This document shows, piece after piece, positions 34,695 through 43,527 of a DNA stretch of 55,352 bases. The notes under the pieces are model-generated. The model saw nothing but the letters and a program-made list of their open reading frames with translations, did not search any database and was not told the origin of the DNA. Position 1 is the first letter of the stretch. Each line of letters begins with the position of its first letter. The position numbers and the translations under genes were made by a program. Source of the DNA: a virus (lineage: Duplodnaviria > Caudoviricetes); the IMG/VR virus record IMGVR_UViG_3300024323_000003, positions 1 through 55,352 of that record; one strand, given 5' to 3'.

Positions 34695-36944
34695 TTAAAT
34701 GGTAGTCTGGATTGGCGAAGGCTGCACAAGATTTTCGTAAAGCTGACGCTCGCGTTCAACCATGTAGAGCCTGAGCCCTCGGATACGGCAGAATCCTTTA
34801 ATCTTCAACCTCGTCTGGAATTGGTAGCCAAAATTCATTGGCCGGATGGATTGCGGCTGGCACTTCAACTGAGGCTTGGGAAGCGTGATGGTTTGACGAT
34901 AGCCTTCGCAAAATGGAGTGATGGGGTAACTGATCGGATTATCGGCATCCTCGGCACTGTTGCGAGCGGAGCAGAGTTGCCATTTGTGCCACTGATGGTA
35001 GCAACTATCTGCGTCCGGGCGATACTCCATCGAAAATTCCACGGTTCCGTAAAGGCGGTCCACCCAAAGTTCGCAGCAAACCAGTTCCTTGAGTTGGAAT
35101 ATGTCGCCTCCGGTGAACGCTGGAAACTCGGCGTAAGACTCGATTCGCTTGTCGCCGTCCTCGAATCGGCCTGCCGTCGAAAGTTCCCAAAGCTGAATGG
35201 TCCTGTCGGTGCGTGAGACGATGACGGCGAAAGCCCGTTCCCGGCCGCCGAAGTCGCCGGTGAACATTTGGAGGATGTCCAAACCCGACCAACTGCCTTC
35301 CCAGTTGGGGACGAGGCTGGCACCAAACGCGGAGATGGGCACAAAGTCGAGCGGTATCAGAGCGGAGTGAACAACGCCTTGGGGAACCTGTTTGGGCAGC
35401 GCGGTTTGTAGGAGCCGGTTATCGAAGTAGATGCCGCAAGCGTTTTTAAGTATGGATCGGTCGTTGAATTGGAGGATGCGATTCTCGTTGGCGCTGAGGC
35501 TGATGTTGCCCCAATTTCCGTAGTTTCGAACTTGTGTAAAGAGGCTGGCGATGGACGGCTCAAGCGTCTGGTAGAAAACATCCCCGTTTACAAGGGTCAC
35601 GCTCCGATCATTCACCGTCCCGTTGTTAATCTGAACGATGGTCTGCTTCGGTGGGTTGGTGCTCGTCGCGGCAATCCAGTCCGCTCGCGTGGCGGGCACC
35701 TCCAGCGAGTAAATCGTCTTGCGTGTGCCGATGTAGAGATTGCCCTGGCCCAGAGTCGTATTGATGTTTGCGTTGTGGAATAGGCTTCGGATATTCCCGT
35801 CGTTGCTCGAAACGGTGAAGCCGTCGCCCGCGAGGCACAGTGGATTTTCGGTCACCTTCAAGATGCTGTCGCGGAAGTTGTAGAGAACGCTCCCCGATGG
35901 CCCGCGCACAATGTCTCCGGCGAGGTATTGCCGCCCGATGGCGTACCAGAGGCGCCCTTGGTAGTAATCCATCGGCGAGGCGGCGGTAATCTCCTGAATC
36001 GAAGTCAGAGTGACTGTTGCGTAAACAGTGCCAGGTGTGTCGTTGACGTTGATGGCTCCAATCTGACCTGCGGGGGGCGCTACGTCGCCAATCTGAGTGA
36101 CCTGAAACTGAGCGCCACCCACAGTCACGATGTCGTTAACGGCGCCGGGATACGCTGGATAGACCCAGGTGTTCTCTGTCGCGCCGATGGCTGGTATCGT
36201 CCAACTGGCAATGAATTGCACGATGCCGTTGCCGTTGCCGTCCGAGACAAAGGTTCCACCCTTGACAACTGATGCGGCCGGCCCTCCTAAGTTTTTCAAC
36301 GTGAGGCGCTGATTGTCATGGACCTGGATGTACTTCTTGGAGGTGTCACCGTTGACCTCAAAGACCTCTCCAAAAGCCCCTAGCCACCCCGGCGCTGAGA
36401 TAGGGATGAAAACCCGATGGCTCTGCGCGGGTGCGGTAAATCCCGTCGTGGTGCCCCATGCCTGGGAAAGCCCGTTAGATCGCCGCAGTGTCACGCCATC
36501 CCAAAACAACGGCAACGTCACATTGTCACCCGCCTGAATCACCATGAACTGTTCGCCCTGGCAGAAGAAGGCGTAGGGCTCCGTCGCGGGATTGCTGAGA
36601 GCTGCGGTGGTCGAGAGCAAGACCGGAGCCGTTCCGTCCACATCGCAGCGGTAAATCTTTCCGCTGATCGAAAACATGAGGTAGGGGTCCGCGTTGTCGG
36701 GTTCGTACATCGCGCCGCCTTGCCAGAGGCCGCCGGAGTTGAATAACTGGAGCAGGGGTTGCCATGTGGGTCGCTGGCTGATTCCACCGTCGCGCACCGT
36801 TCCATTGGAGAGCCACGCGAGTTCTGATCGGAGCAGGCCGTTGGGATTATCGGAGGAAACTATTGTGGGCAACTTTACCGAGTCACAGCCTGAACTCCAA
36901 TCTTGGCTGCCGTCGAAAATCGTCACTTCGCTCTTGTTCGCCAT
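34695..36944 (-). CDS. Probable tail nozzle/tubular protein B (P22 gp10/T7 gp12-like)
   Basis: About 750 aa, beta-rich; NGTVRDGGISQRP start, YYQGRLW, YFDNRLL; first gene of the tail operon. Confidence 0.6.
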   Translation of the reverse strand: MANKSEVTIFDGSQDWSSGCDSVKLPTIVSSDNPNGLLRSELAWLSNGTVRDGGISQRPTWQPLLQLFNSGGLWQGGAMYEPDNADPYLMFSISGKIYRCDVDGTAPVLLSTTAALSNPATEPYAFFCQGEQFMVIQAGDNVTLPLFWDGVTLRRSNGLSQAWGTTTGFTAPAQSHRVFIPISAPGWLGAFGEVFEVNGDTSKKYIQVHDNQRLTLKNLGGPAASVVKGGTFVSDGNGNGIVQFIASWTIPAIGATENTWVYPAYPGAVNDIVTVGGAQFQVTQIGDVAPPAGQIGAINVNDTPGTVYATVTLTSIQEITAASPMDYYQGRLWYAIGRQYLAGDIVRGPSGSVLYNFRDSILKVTENPLCLAGDGFTVSSNDGNIRSLFHNANINTTLGQGNLYIGTRKTIYSLEVPATRADWIAATSTNPPKQTIVQINNGTVNDRSVTLVNGDVFYQTLEPSIASLFTQVRNYGNWGNISLSANENRILQFNDRSILKNACGIYFDNRLLQTALPKQVPQGVVHSALIPLDFVPISAFGASLVPNWEGSWSGLDILQMFTGDFGGRERAFAVIVSRTDRTIQLWELSTAGRFEDGDKRIESYAEFPAFTGGDIFQLKELVCCELWVDRLYGTVEFSMEYRPDADSCYHQWHKWQLCSARNSAEDADNPISYPITPFCEGYRQTITLPKPQLKCQPQSIRPMNFGYQFQTRLKIKGFCRIRGLRLYMVERERQLYENLVQPSPIQTTI

Positions 36945-37091
36945 TGACCCCACGGTAGTCGGTATGCTAAATTTGTCCAGCCTTAGAACGGCTCAAATCG
37001 TGAAACTCAAATTTGCCAACCTTGCCCCGACTGCCGCATCACGAGCGGGTTCTACTTTTGGGGTGGGGTTGGCGCTTCTCGTTAAACATCT

Positions 37092-37670
37092 ATGAAATGG
37101 ACACTCGATATGGTCACGCAAAACTTCCTCAAAAATTATTCCGTCATTGATGGCGGTTACAAAACCCCGTGCTGGAGATGGAATTTGTCAAAAAACAAAT
37201 CCGGGTATGGCGTCATAAGGTGCGGCTTTGCTGGTCGAAATAGCACCACCCATCGCTTTTCTTGGATGGTCCATTTCGGAGCTATCCCTGATGGCAAATT
37301 CGTTCTGCACCGTTGCGACAACCCTTGGTGCATCAATCCAGACCATTTGTTTTTGGGAACTCAGAAAGACAATATGCAGGACATGCGCTCCAAAGGGAGA
37401 AATCCTGACAGGTCTGGAGAAAACGCAGGCAACGTAAAGCTCACCGAGGAAATGGTGATTCAGATTATTCGCATCAGGTCCGAAACAGGTCTTGGCACCA
37501 GAAGAATCGGGGAAATGTTTGGTGTGGATAAAACCACGATATGCGGCATACTCAATGGGAAGCTTTGGAAGCACCTGCATGGCGAGACAAAAAAATACCC
37601 TGAACCAAAAAGTAACTCTCTACGGACTCGTTTGGGGAGCACACGTCCACCCCGTACAAAGGGAGCTTGA
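37092..37670 (+). CDS. HNH homing endonuclease
   Basis: CWRWN, THRFSW, VLHRCDNPWCINPDHLFLGTQKDN, KLTE plus a C-terminal HTH. Confidence 0.92.
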   Translation: MKWTLDMVTQNFLKNYSVIDGGYKTPCWRWNLSKNKSGYGVIRCGFAGRNSTTHRFSWMVHFGAIPDGKFVLHRCDNPWCINPDHLFLGTQKDNMQDMRSKGRNPDRSGENAGNVKLTEEMVIQIIRIRSETGLGTRRIGEMFGVDKTTICGILNGKLWKHLHGETKKYPEPKSNSLRTRLGSTRPPRTKGA

Positions 37671-39480
37671 TGTTATTGCCAACGGTGGCCAATGGGAAAA
37701 GAAAAATGGGACAGGCAAAGCCGGTCTTGGGAATTTCTTTCATTTCAAGGAGGCTGCTCGCTTAATTTGGGGCAATGATGTCATTCAGCATCGCTGGTTC
37801 GACTTCTTTCTTGAGCAATGGCTGACTCACAAATACGTGGGTGTGATGGGAAGCAAAAACTCTGGCAAGAGTTTCTCCGCGTCAATTTTTCACCTGATTG
37901 ATTACTTCGCCTTCCCGTCATGCACCACAATCATTGTTTGCTCGACGACCAAGGAGGCTTTGGAGGACCGAATTTGGGGAGAAATAAAAAAGTTCTGGAG
38001 GATGGCTAAGCGGAACGTGGAATGGCTTCCAGGTAATCTTATCGAAGGGAGGATGAGGCTTACGACCGATGATCGTGACGATATTGAAGAAGGTCGAGAC
38101 TTCCGAAACGGGTTCGTTGGGATTCCAGTTATGAAGGGAGAGGCTGCTGTCGGGCTGAGTGCTTTCGTTGGGCGAAAGAACAAGCGCGTGAGGCTTCTCG
38201 GTGATGAAATTCAGTATCTTCCCGGTGCCTTTCTCGACTCGACCGCAAATCTTGATAGCGCCGGTGGCCGGGTTGACTTCAAGCTCACCGGAATGGGAAA
38301 CCCTTCCGAGATAACAAAGTCGCTCGGGTTGCTCTGCGAGCCCGCCGCGCATATCGGCGGCTGGGAAAGTGGTATAGACCAGCAACCAGTCACTAAATGC
38401 TGGGAAACCCGGATGCCGAATGGAATTGCGGTGCAGCTTCCGGGGAGAGATTGCCCAAACATGGACACGCCAGCGGGAGAGCCTGCTCCGTTTCCTTTTC
38501 TCATTACCCGAGAGGACATTGAGGAAGGTTCTAAGAAATACGGAATAGACGACTGGAAATTTCGTATGTTCTTCGATGGCATTTTCCCCCGCGGCCAAGG
38601 CTCCCGGCGCGTCATCACCCGCCAGCTTTGCGAGCGTGGCCGTGCGAAAGACGATCCAATCTGGCGCGACTCCAACCGCACTCGCATTGCCTCACTCGAC
38701 GCCGCCTTTCGCGCCGTCGGAGGGGACCGCTGCGTGTTCACCCGCTGTGAGTTTGGCATGGAGGCAGCCGCTCCGCTGGTGGCGCCGAATGGTGAACTGA
38801 CGCTGACCTCGCAAGACACTGTTAAACCCGGTGGCCGCATCCTGTTCGCGCTTATAGAGCAGAAGATCATCCCAATCAGCGCGGCAGAAACCAAGGGTGC
38901 GGCTCTGTCCATCGAAGAAGCGGAGGATCAGATCGTGAAATTCGTCATGGCTGAGTGCCAGGCGCACAAGATTCCTCCCGAGAACTTCTTCTTCGACGCG
39001 GGCATGAAGGCATCGCTCGTCGGCGCGTTCGCCCGTCTATGGTCGCCTCATGTGCGGCCCGTTGACTTCGGTGATAAGCCAACGGAGCGCAAGGTTTCCC
39101 GAGAGATTGACGTTTCATGCCGGGACTACTACTTCAACTTCGTCACCGAAATGTGGTATCAGGTCCGCATGGTCATTGACGCCGGCCAGTTCCGGGGCAT
39201 GACCGAGGAAGTGATGCTGGAGGGTTGCAAGCGGGAGTTCGAGAAAGTGGCCGGCAACAAGATTCAGGTCGAGCCCAAGGATGAGATGAAGAAAAAGACG
39301 GGCGAATCGCCGGATAGATTCGATTCGCTCGTAATCGCTTTCGAGGGCGCCCGCCAGCGCGGGTTCACCATTGCCAAGTTTGAAAACGTCGAGGCGGAAC
39401 AGAAAGATGTGACGTGGAAACGCGATGCGATGGACCGGGCGAAAAAGCTTTGGCGTAGTGGGCAGTTGAATTATGCGTGA
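37579..39480 (+). CDS. terL: Terminase large subunit
   Basis: GSKNSGKS (Walker A), LLGDE (Walker B), GMGNP, IASLDAA...GGDRCV and SPDRFDS (RNase H-like nuclease). ATG 37579 preferred as start. Confidence 0.88.
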   Translation: MARQKNTLNQKVTLYGLVWGAHVHPVQRELDVIANGGQWEKKNGTGKAGLGNFFHFKEAARLIWGNDVIQHRWFDFFLEQWLTHKYVGVMGSKNSGKSFSASIFHLIDYFAFPSCTTIIVCSTTKEALEDRIWGEIKKFWRMAKRNVEWLPGNLIEGRMRLTTDDRDDIEEGRDFRNGFVGIPVMKGEAAVGLSAFVGRKNKRVRLLGDEIQYLPGAFLDSTANLDSAGGRVDFKLTGMGNPSEITKSLGLLCEPAAHIGGWESGIDQQPVTKCWETRMPNGIAVQLPGRDCPNMDTPAGEPAPFPFLITREDIEEGSKKYGIDDWKFRMFFDGIFPRGQGSRRVITRQLCERGRAKDDPIWRDSNRTRIASLDAAFRAVGGDRCVFTRCEFGMEAAAPLVAPNGELTLTSQDTVKPGGRILFALIEQKIIPISAAETKGAALSIEEAEDQIVKFVMAECQAHKIPPENFFFDAGMKASLVGAFARLWSPHVRPVDFGDKPTERKVSREIDVSCRDYYFNFVTEMWYQVRMVIDAGQFRGMTEEVMLEGCKREFEKVAGNKIQVEPKDEMKKKTGESPDRFDSLVIAFEGARQRGFTIAKFENVEAEQKDVTWKRDAMDRAKKLWRSGQLNYA

Positions 39481-39615
39481 TTGGGGTTGACGGGGAGAGG
39501 GATTTTTGAGAGGGTTGGGGCGTGCAGTTAATCGCACGTAACATAAACAATTTGCCGCCCGGTGTCTGTGGCCGTCAGGTCATGGAGATTAACCATCGGG
39601 CGGCGTTTTATTGTT

Positions 39616-39822
39616 ATGCCCACACCGCTTCTAACCACCAAAAACCTCGACGCGCTCAAATGTTCATCCCCAAAGTGTAAGCACGAAGATTGCGAGCTTT
39701 TCCTTCACCCAAAGTGCCATGAAGGAGGCGGCACGATGGTGTCTTATCAAAAAGGTTCAGGGGAAATTCTCATCGCCTGTAACGTATGCGGCAAGCACAT
39801 CGTCAGGATCATGGTCGTATGA
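39616..39822 (+). CDS. Small Cys/His-rich protein
   Basis: CSSPKCKH...HPKCH...CNVCGK. Confidence 0.65.
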   Translation: MPTPLLTTKNLDALKCSSPKCKHEDCELFLHPKCHEGGGTMVSYQKGSGEILIACNVCGKHIVRIMVV

Positions 39823-40256
39823 GCATCGCCGCTAAACATGCCTACCGATTTGGGTTTTTGAAGTCGGAAAAATGGTCAAATGTTCGCCTTGCTTGCCTCG
39901 CCAGAGATAAGGGTTGTTGCATGGGATGCGGCAAATTTGACTTGTCGAACGACGCCCACCACATCGAGTATCCAGAAAACTGGTACGATACAAAACTTCA
40001 CCAGCTACGAACTCTCTGCCGAGAATGCCACGAGAGAGTCCATGAGATAATGGAAGTGAATCCAGAGATGGGTTGGAAGCTTATAAAAGCCAAGGTAAAT
40101 ATCGAAAGAAACCCAGAATATACTCAAGGCAAGGACCAATTTTTACTGTTCTCTCCGGTGGTTCTTTGGAGGAGAAACATCACTCTGCTTTGTATCATCC
40201 AATCAGCAAAGTACTTTCCGAACGTAAAAAATATGTTGACGGCTCTAAGAATGTGA
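39819..40256 (+). CDS. HNH nuclease (possibly packaging-associated)
   Basis: KWSNVR..CLARDKGCCMGCG...AHHIEY...LRTLCRECHERVH; between terL and the capsid gene. Confidence 0.8.
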   Translation: MSIAAKHAYRFGFLKSEKWSNVRLACLARDKGCCMGCGKFDLSNDAHHIEYPENWYDTKLHQLRTLCRECHERVHEIMEVNPEMGWKLIKAKVNIERNPEYTQGKDQFLLFSPVVLWRRNITLLCIIQSAKYFPNVKNMLTALRM

Positions 40257-40449
40257 GTTAGAAGCCATATCAGTTGGCGGTCTTTACCCGCCCGAGCCAC
40301 TGACTCGTAAAACCAGCACCGCCGTTAGAGGCCAGCGGGCCAGAAGCACGCAAGTTGGCGGTCAAGCTTCAAAAACGCGAACAGTGGAGACATGCAGTAT
40401 GGCTGCTTGAGACTCCCCTGAACGAAATTCGGTTTTACGTTTTTGAAGT
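40236..40449 (+). promoter_or_regulatory. Capsid promoter and structured 5' leader
   Basis: TTGACG-N17-TAGAAG; perfect inverted repeat CTTCAAAAACG (40367-40377) / CGTTTTTGAAG (40438-40448). Confidence 0.55.
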
Positions 40450-41931
40450 ATGAGCTGCCCTAGTGGAACACTTTCATCGTGCGACTTCGGTCAATTTTTG
40501 GTGCAACAAACCCCCGTTTTCGACGAACTCATCATCGAGGACATAACGGTAATTGACGGGTGGTTGGGAAACATTTCCACCTACCAAGTGCCGATGGGCA
40601 CGCCGACCGAGATTACCCAGGACCGTTTCCGTGGAGTGTGGCCGAACACCACGAAGCCCTGGACGAAAACCCAATCCGGCTCGTGCCTGAGCAACCCCTG
40701 CGATCCCGCCGAGCATCAAATCGGCTGGGGCTCCGACCGGCTGACGTATTTCGAGGAAGAAATCACGTACACCACCCCGTTGATGTGCTACGACCAGATG
40801 ATGAACGTCACGGCCGCGCAGCAGCAGCTTGGCTACATCATCAGCGACATCCTCAAGCCCGCGACCAGCGCCATTATGAGCGCGTACCTGCGCAAGCGCG
40901 CCCTGTTCTGGGGCCAGCGCAAGACCGTGGCGAACTCCAGCCTGACGCAGTTCACCTACCAATGGAACCTGGACGCTCAGGGCAACGAAGCTTACTTCGA
41001 CTGCAACGTGGCTCCGACCAACGTTTACAAGTTGGTGCCGCAGATGCTCCAGAACCGTTTCAGTCCGCTCATGCGCCTGGGCTACGCCGGCAAGAACCCG
41101 TTCAAAGAGACGGCGCCATTCATCGAACTGGTGACCGACATGGACACGGCCTGGAGCCTTGACAAGCTGGGCGGCCAGCAGGGCGTCGGCACGGGCAACA
41201 ACCCGAGCGTGTCCGGTAACTGGCGCTTCACCCAATGGGACGCGGCCAACGCCTACTGGCGCTATGGCTTCAGCGGCCAGATCGGCAACTTTATGACCCG
41301 GGTGGACGAGTTGGGCCTGCGGTTCAACTTCGTCGGCCAAATTGCCGCGGGCGTGAATGGCAACGGTAACATCTACCGCTACCAGATCATCCAGCCGTAC
41401 CTCAACGAAATCACGACTGGCGCCGGCGGGTCCGCTGGTTTGGGCCGCGATGCGAACCCCGACTTCGACCGGGCGCAATACGCCATCAGCTTCATCAGCC
41501 ATAAGAAGGGCCTGGAGCTGGGCGTTTACGACGCTCGCGCCATCAACCCGGAAATGCCGTTCCTGCACCCGAACTTCGGCGGCAAGTGGCAGTTCCTCAT
41601 GCACGACCTAGGGGCCGACATCAATGGCGTGGCGATCAGCAACAAATGGGGCAACAAGGGTCAATTCGGCGCCCGCTGGAAAAACTACATCCGGCCGCTC
41701 CACACGGAGTTCCTGGAAAGCTTCTTTCACAAGCGCGAGCAGTTCTGCATCCCGAACATTGGCACCTGTGCGACTGACCCGGGCTACCCGGCGCAGACCT
41801 ACAACAGCAAGCTCCCGACTTGCCCGTTGCCGACGTCGTTTGCGGGACTGTATGCGGGTGGCGTTCCGAGCGGTTCGCAAGACGGCCCGGTTCCAATGCC
41901 CGAGCCGCCGTCGCCGCCGTCGGTCACTTAA
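40450..41931 (+). CDS. Probable major capsid protein
   Basis: 493 aa with the strongest C/G-ending codon bias I see in the genome; own promoter and strong terminator; follows terL. Confidence 0.7.
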   Translation: MSCPSGTLSSCDFGQFLVQQTPVFDELIIEDITVIDGWLGNISTYQVPMGTPTEITQDRFRGVWPNTTKPWTKTQSGSCLSNPCDPAEHQIGWGSDRLTYFEEEITYTTPLMCYDQMMNVTAAQQQLGYIISDILKPATSAIMSAYLRKRALFWGQRKTVANSSLTQFTYQWNLDAQGNEAYFDCNVAPTNVYKLVPQMLQNRFSPLMRLGYAGKNPFKETAPFIELVTDMDTAWSLDKLGGQQGVGTGNNPSVSGNWRFTQWDAANAYWRYGFSGQIGNFMTRVDELGLRFNFVGQIAAGVNGNGNIYRYQIIQPYLNEITTGAGGSAGLGRDANPDFDRAQYAISFISHKKGLELGVYDARAINPEMPFLHPNFGGKWQFLMHDLGADINGVAISNKWGNKGQFGARWKNYIRPLHTEFLESFFHKREQFCIPNIGTCATDPGYPAQTYNSKLPTCPLPTSFAGLYAGGVPSGSQDGPVPMPEPPSPPSVT

Positions 41932-41947
41932 TCATCGGTTGGTTGGG

Positions 41948-41986
41948 GGCCGGTCGGCGTTTGGTGGCGACCGACCGGCCTTTTTT
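41948..41986 (+). terminator. Rho-independent terminator
   Basis: GGCCGGTCGG...CCGACCGGCC followed by TTTTTT. Confidence 0.85.
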
Positions 41987-42039
41987 ATGTATCGTATTGA
42001 GATTAACTGGCGACCACCGAGCCGATTCAACAAACCAAT

Positions 42040-42348
42040 ATGCCAAATCTTTACGGAGACGACACCGAAGCCCCGCCGCCCGCGCCGCCAGCCGACCAGG
42101 CGCCCGACGAGGCCACGCGGACTCAGGACGACGCTCAAACCGCAGTTCTGCCAAAGGACTTTTTCCAAGGCAAGGACTTGAAGCCGGGGGGCGAGTGCAA
42201 GGTGAGAATCGAGCAAGTGATGGACGACGAGGTTGCGGTGACCTACGTTCCGCACTCGGCTGAGGACGAAGGCGCTGCCGAAGAAGCTGCGGCTCCCGAG
42301 GCCGGCGACACCGACGCTGACATGGGCGGCGACCCGAGGTATCAATGA
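42040..42348 (+). CDS. Acidic hypothetical protein
   Basis: Small beta core LKPGGECKVRI flanked by acidic tails. Confidence 0.75.
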   Translation: MPNLYGDDTEAPPPAPPADQAPDEATRTQDDAQTAVLPKDFFQGKDLKPGGECKVRIEQVMDDEVAVTYVPHSAEDEGAAEEAAAPEAGDTDADMGGDPRYQ

Positions 42349-42351
42349 GCC

Positions 42352-42822
42352 ATGCCAACAGCCACCGACACGTTAATGGCCGATGCGCGTTGCATCGAAA
42401 TTTGCATTCCCGGCGAGGATATGAAACTCGCCGTCCTGATTTCACTCTTTGCCCGAATTGCTGGTGTGAGCGCAAATACTGACAGTCTTATCGCGGGAGC
42501 GGGTTGCATCGCGGATTGCATTCCAGGGGCTGACATGAAGCTGGCGGTGCTGATCTCGCTCGCGCAGCAGAGCGCGTTGCCCGTCCCAAATCTTCAATTC
42601 ATCAGTCCAGACGCGATGAGTTGGGCGGCTCCGGGAGTGACTCCAGCTACGTGGACTTTGGAAGAATCAGCGTCAGCTAGCAGCGGTTGGTTTGTTCAAA
42701 CCCCTCTCATCTCTGGCAACACAATTTCAGGGGTTGATGGAAACAAGTTTTTCCGAATCACGGGATATAATGCGGCAGGGGTTGCGGTAACCTCCGTCAG
42801 CAATGTTGTTTTTGTGCCGTAA
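42352..42822 (+). CDS. Putative virion protein with two Cys-containing repeats and a beta C-terminal domain
   Basis: TDxLxAxAxCIxxCIP...LISL twice. Confidence 0.7.
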   Translation: MPTATDTLMADARCIEICIPGEDMKLAVLISLFARIAGVSANTDSLIAGAGCIADCIPGADMKLAVLISLAQQSALPVPNLQFISPDAMSWAAPGVTPATWTLEESASASSGWFVQTPLISGNTISGVDGNKFFRITGYNAAGVAVTSVSNVVFVP

Positions 42823-42838
42823 CCACCAACTGACGTGA

Positions 42839-43225
42839 ATGGCCGCAACCCCAACAGACACGCTGATAGCAGGCGCGAACTGCATCGAGAGCTGCGTCCC
42901 GAGCGGTTATCAACTGCCCATCCTCATCAGCCTCTTTGCTCAAATCGCTGGCGTGAGCACTGACACTGACACTCTGATTGCGGGGGCCAAGTGTATCAGC
43001 CAGTGCATTCCCGAAGGTATGCAACTGCCCGTGCTGATTTCGCTGGCTGACCAGATCAACCAGGGCGGCGGGGGTGGCGGCGGCGGGGGAAGCTGCCTCT
43101 TTCGAAGCGTCGGCCCGCCCGTGGTGGTTCCCGCGGCAACGTGCCCCGTCGCCTTAGCATTCGACGACACCGGAGGCTTCTGGTGGTACGCAACAGAACT
43201 ACCCGGATGGGTGAAATTCGGATGA
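42839..43225 (+). CDS. Putative virion protein, paralogue of 42352..42822
   Basis: Same repeat twice, poly-Gly linker, different C-terminal domain. Confidence 0.7.
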   Translation: MAATPTDTLIAGANCIESCVPSGYQLPILISLFAQIAGVSTDTDTLIAGAKCISQCIPEGMQLPVLISLADQINQGGGGGGGGGSCLFRSVGPPVVVPAATCPVALAFDDTGGFWWYATELPGWVKFG

Positions 43226-43527
43226 CCCAAAACGCCATCAACCTCATTCGATCGTACACGGCCTCGCGCTGGTCGTGGCTCTGCGCCTGCTGGCGTTCGC
43301 GCGCGATCGTGGCCGAACTGGTCGAGCATTACGAGAAGGCTGAGGCAAAGGCGAACGCGGCCGACAATGACCGCTTCGCCTCTGCGGTGAAGGCTGAGGT
43401 TCTTCAGCACGAGCTAGACGACTTGCGCCAGGCGCACACCAAAGAGCGCGGCGGCAACGCGGCTCTGAGAAAATTCATCGAGTTGAACCACAAACCCACG
43501 ATGCCTCCAAAACCTGTCCGAAAATGA
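43222..43527 (+). CDS. Coiled-coil hypothetical protein
   Basis: ATGA-coupled on both sides. Confidence 0.6.
   Translation: MTQNAINLIRSYTASRWSWLCACWRSRAIVAELVEHYEKAEAKANAADNDRFASAVKAEVLQHELDDLRQAHTKERGGNAALRKFIELNHKPTMPPKPVRK

Noticed and set aside
42352-43225. Diversity-generating retroelement TR/VR pair
   Set aside because: No reverse transcriptase seen. All copies are coding and differ at all base types, not only at adenines.
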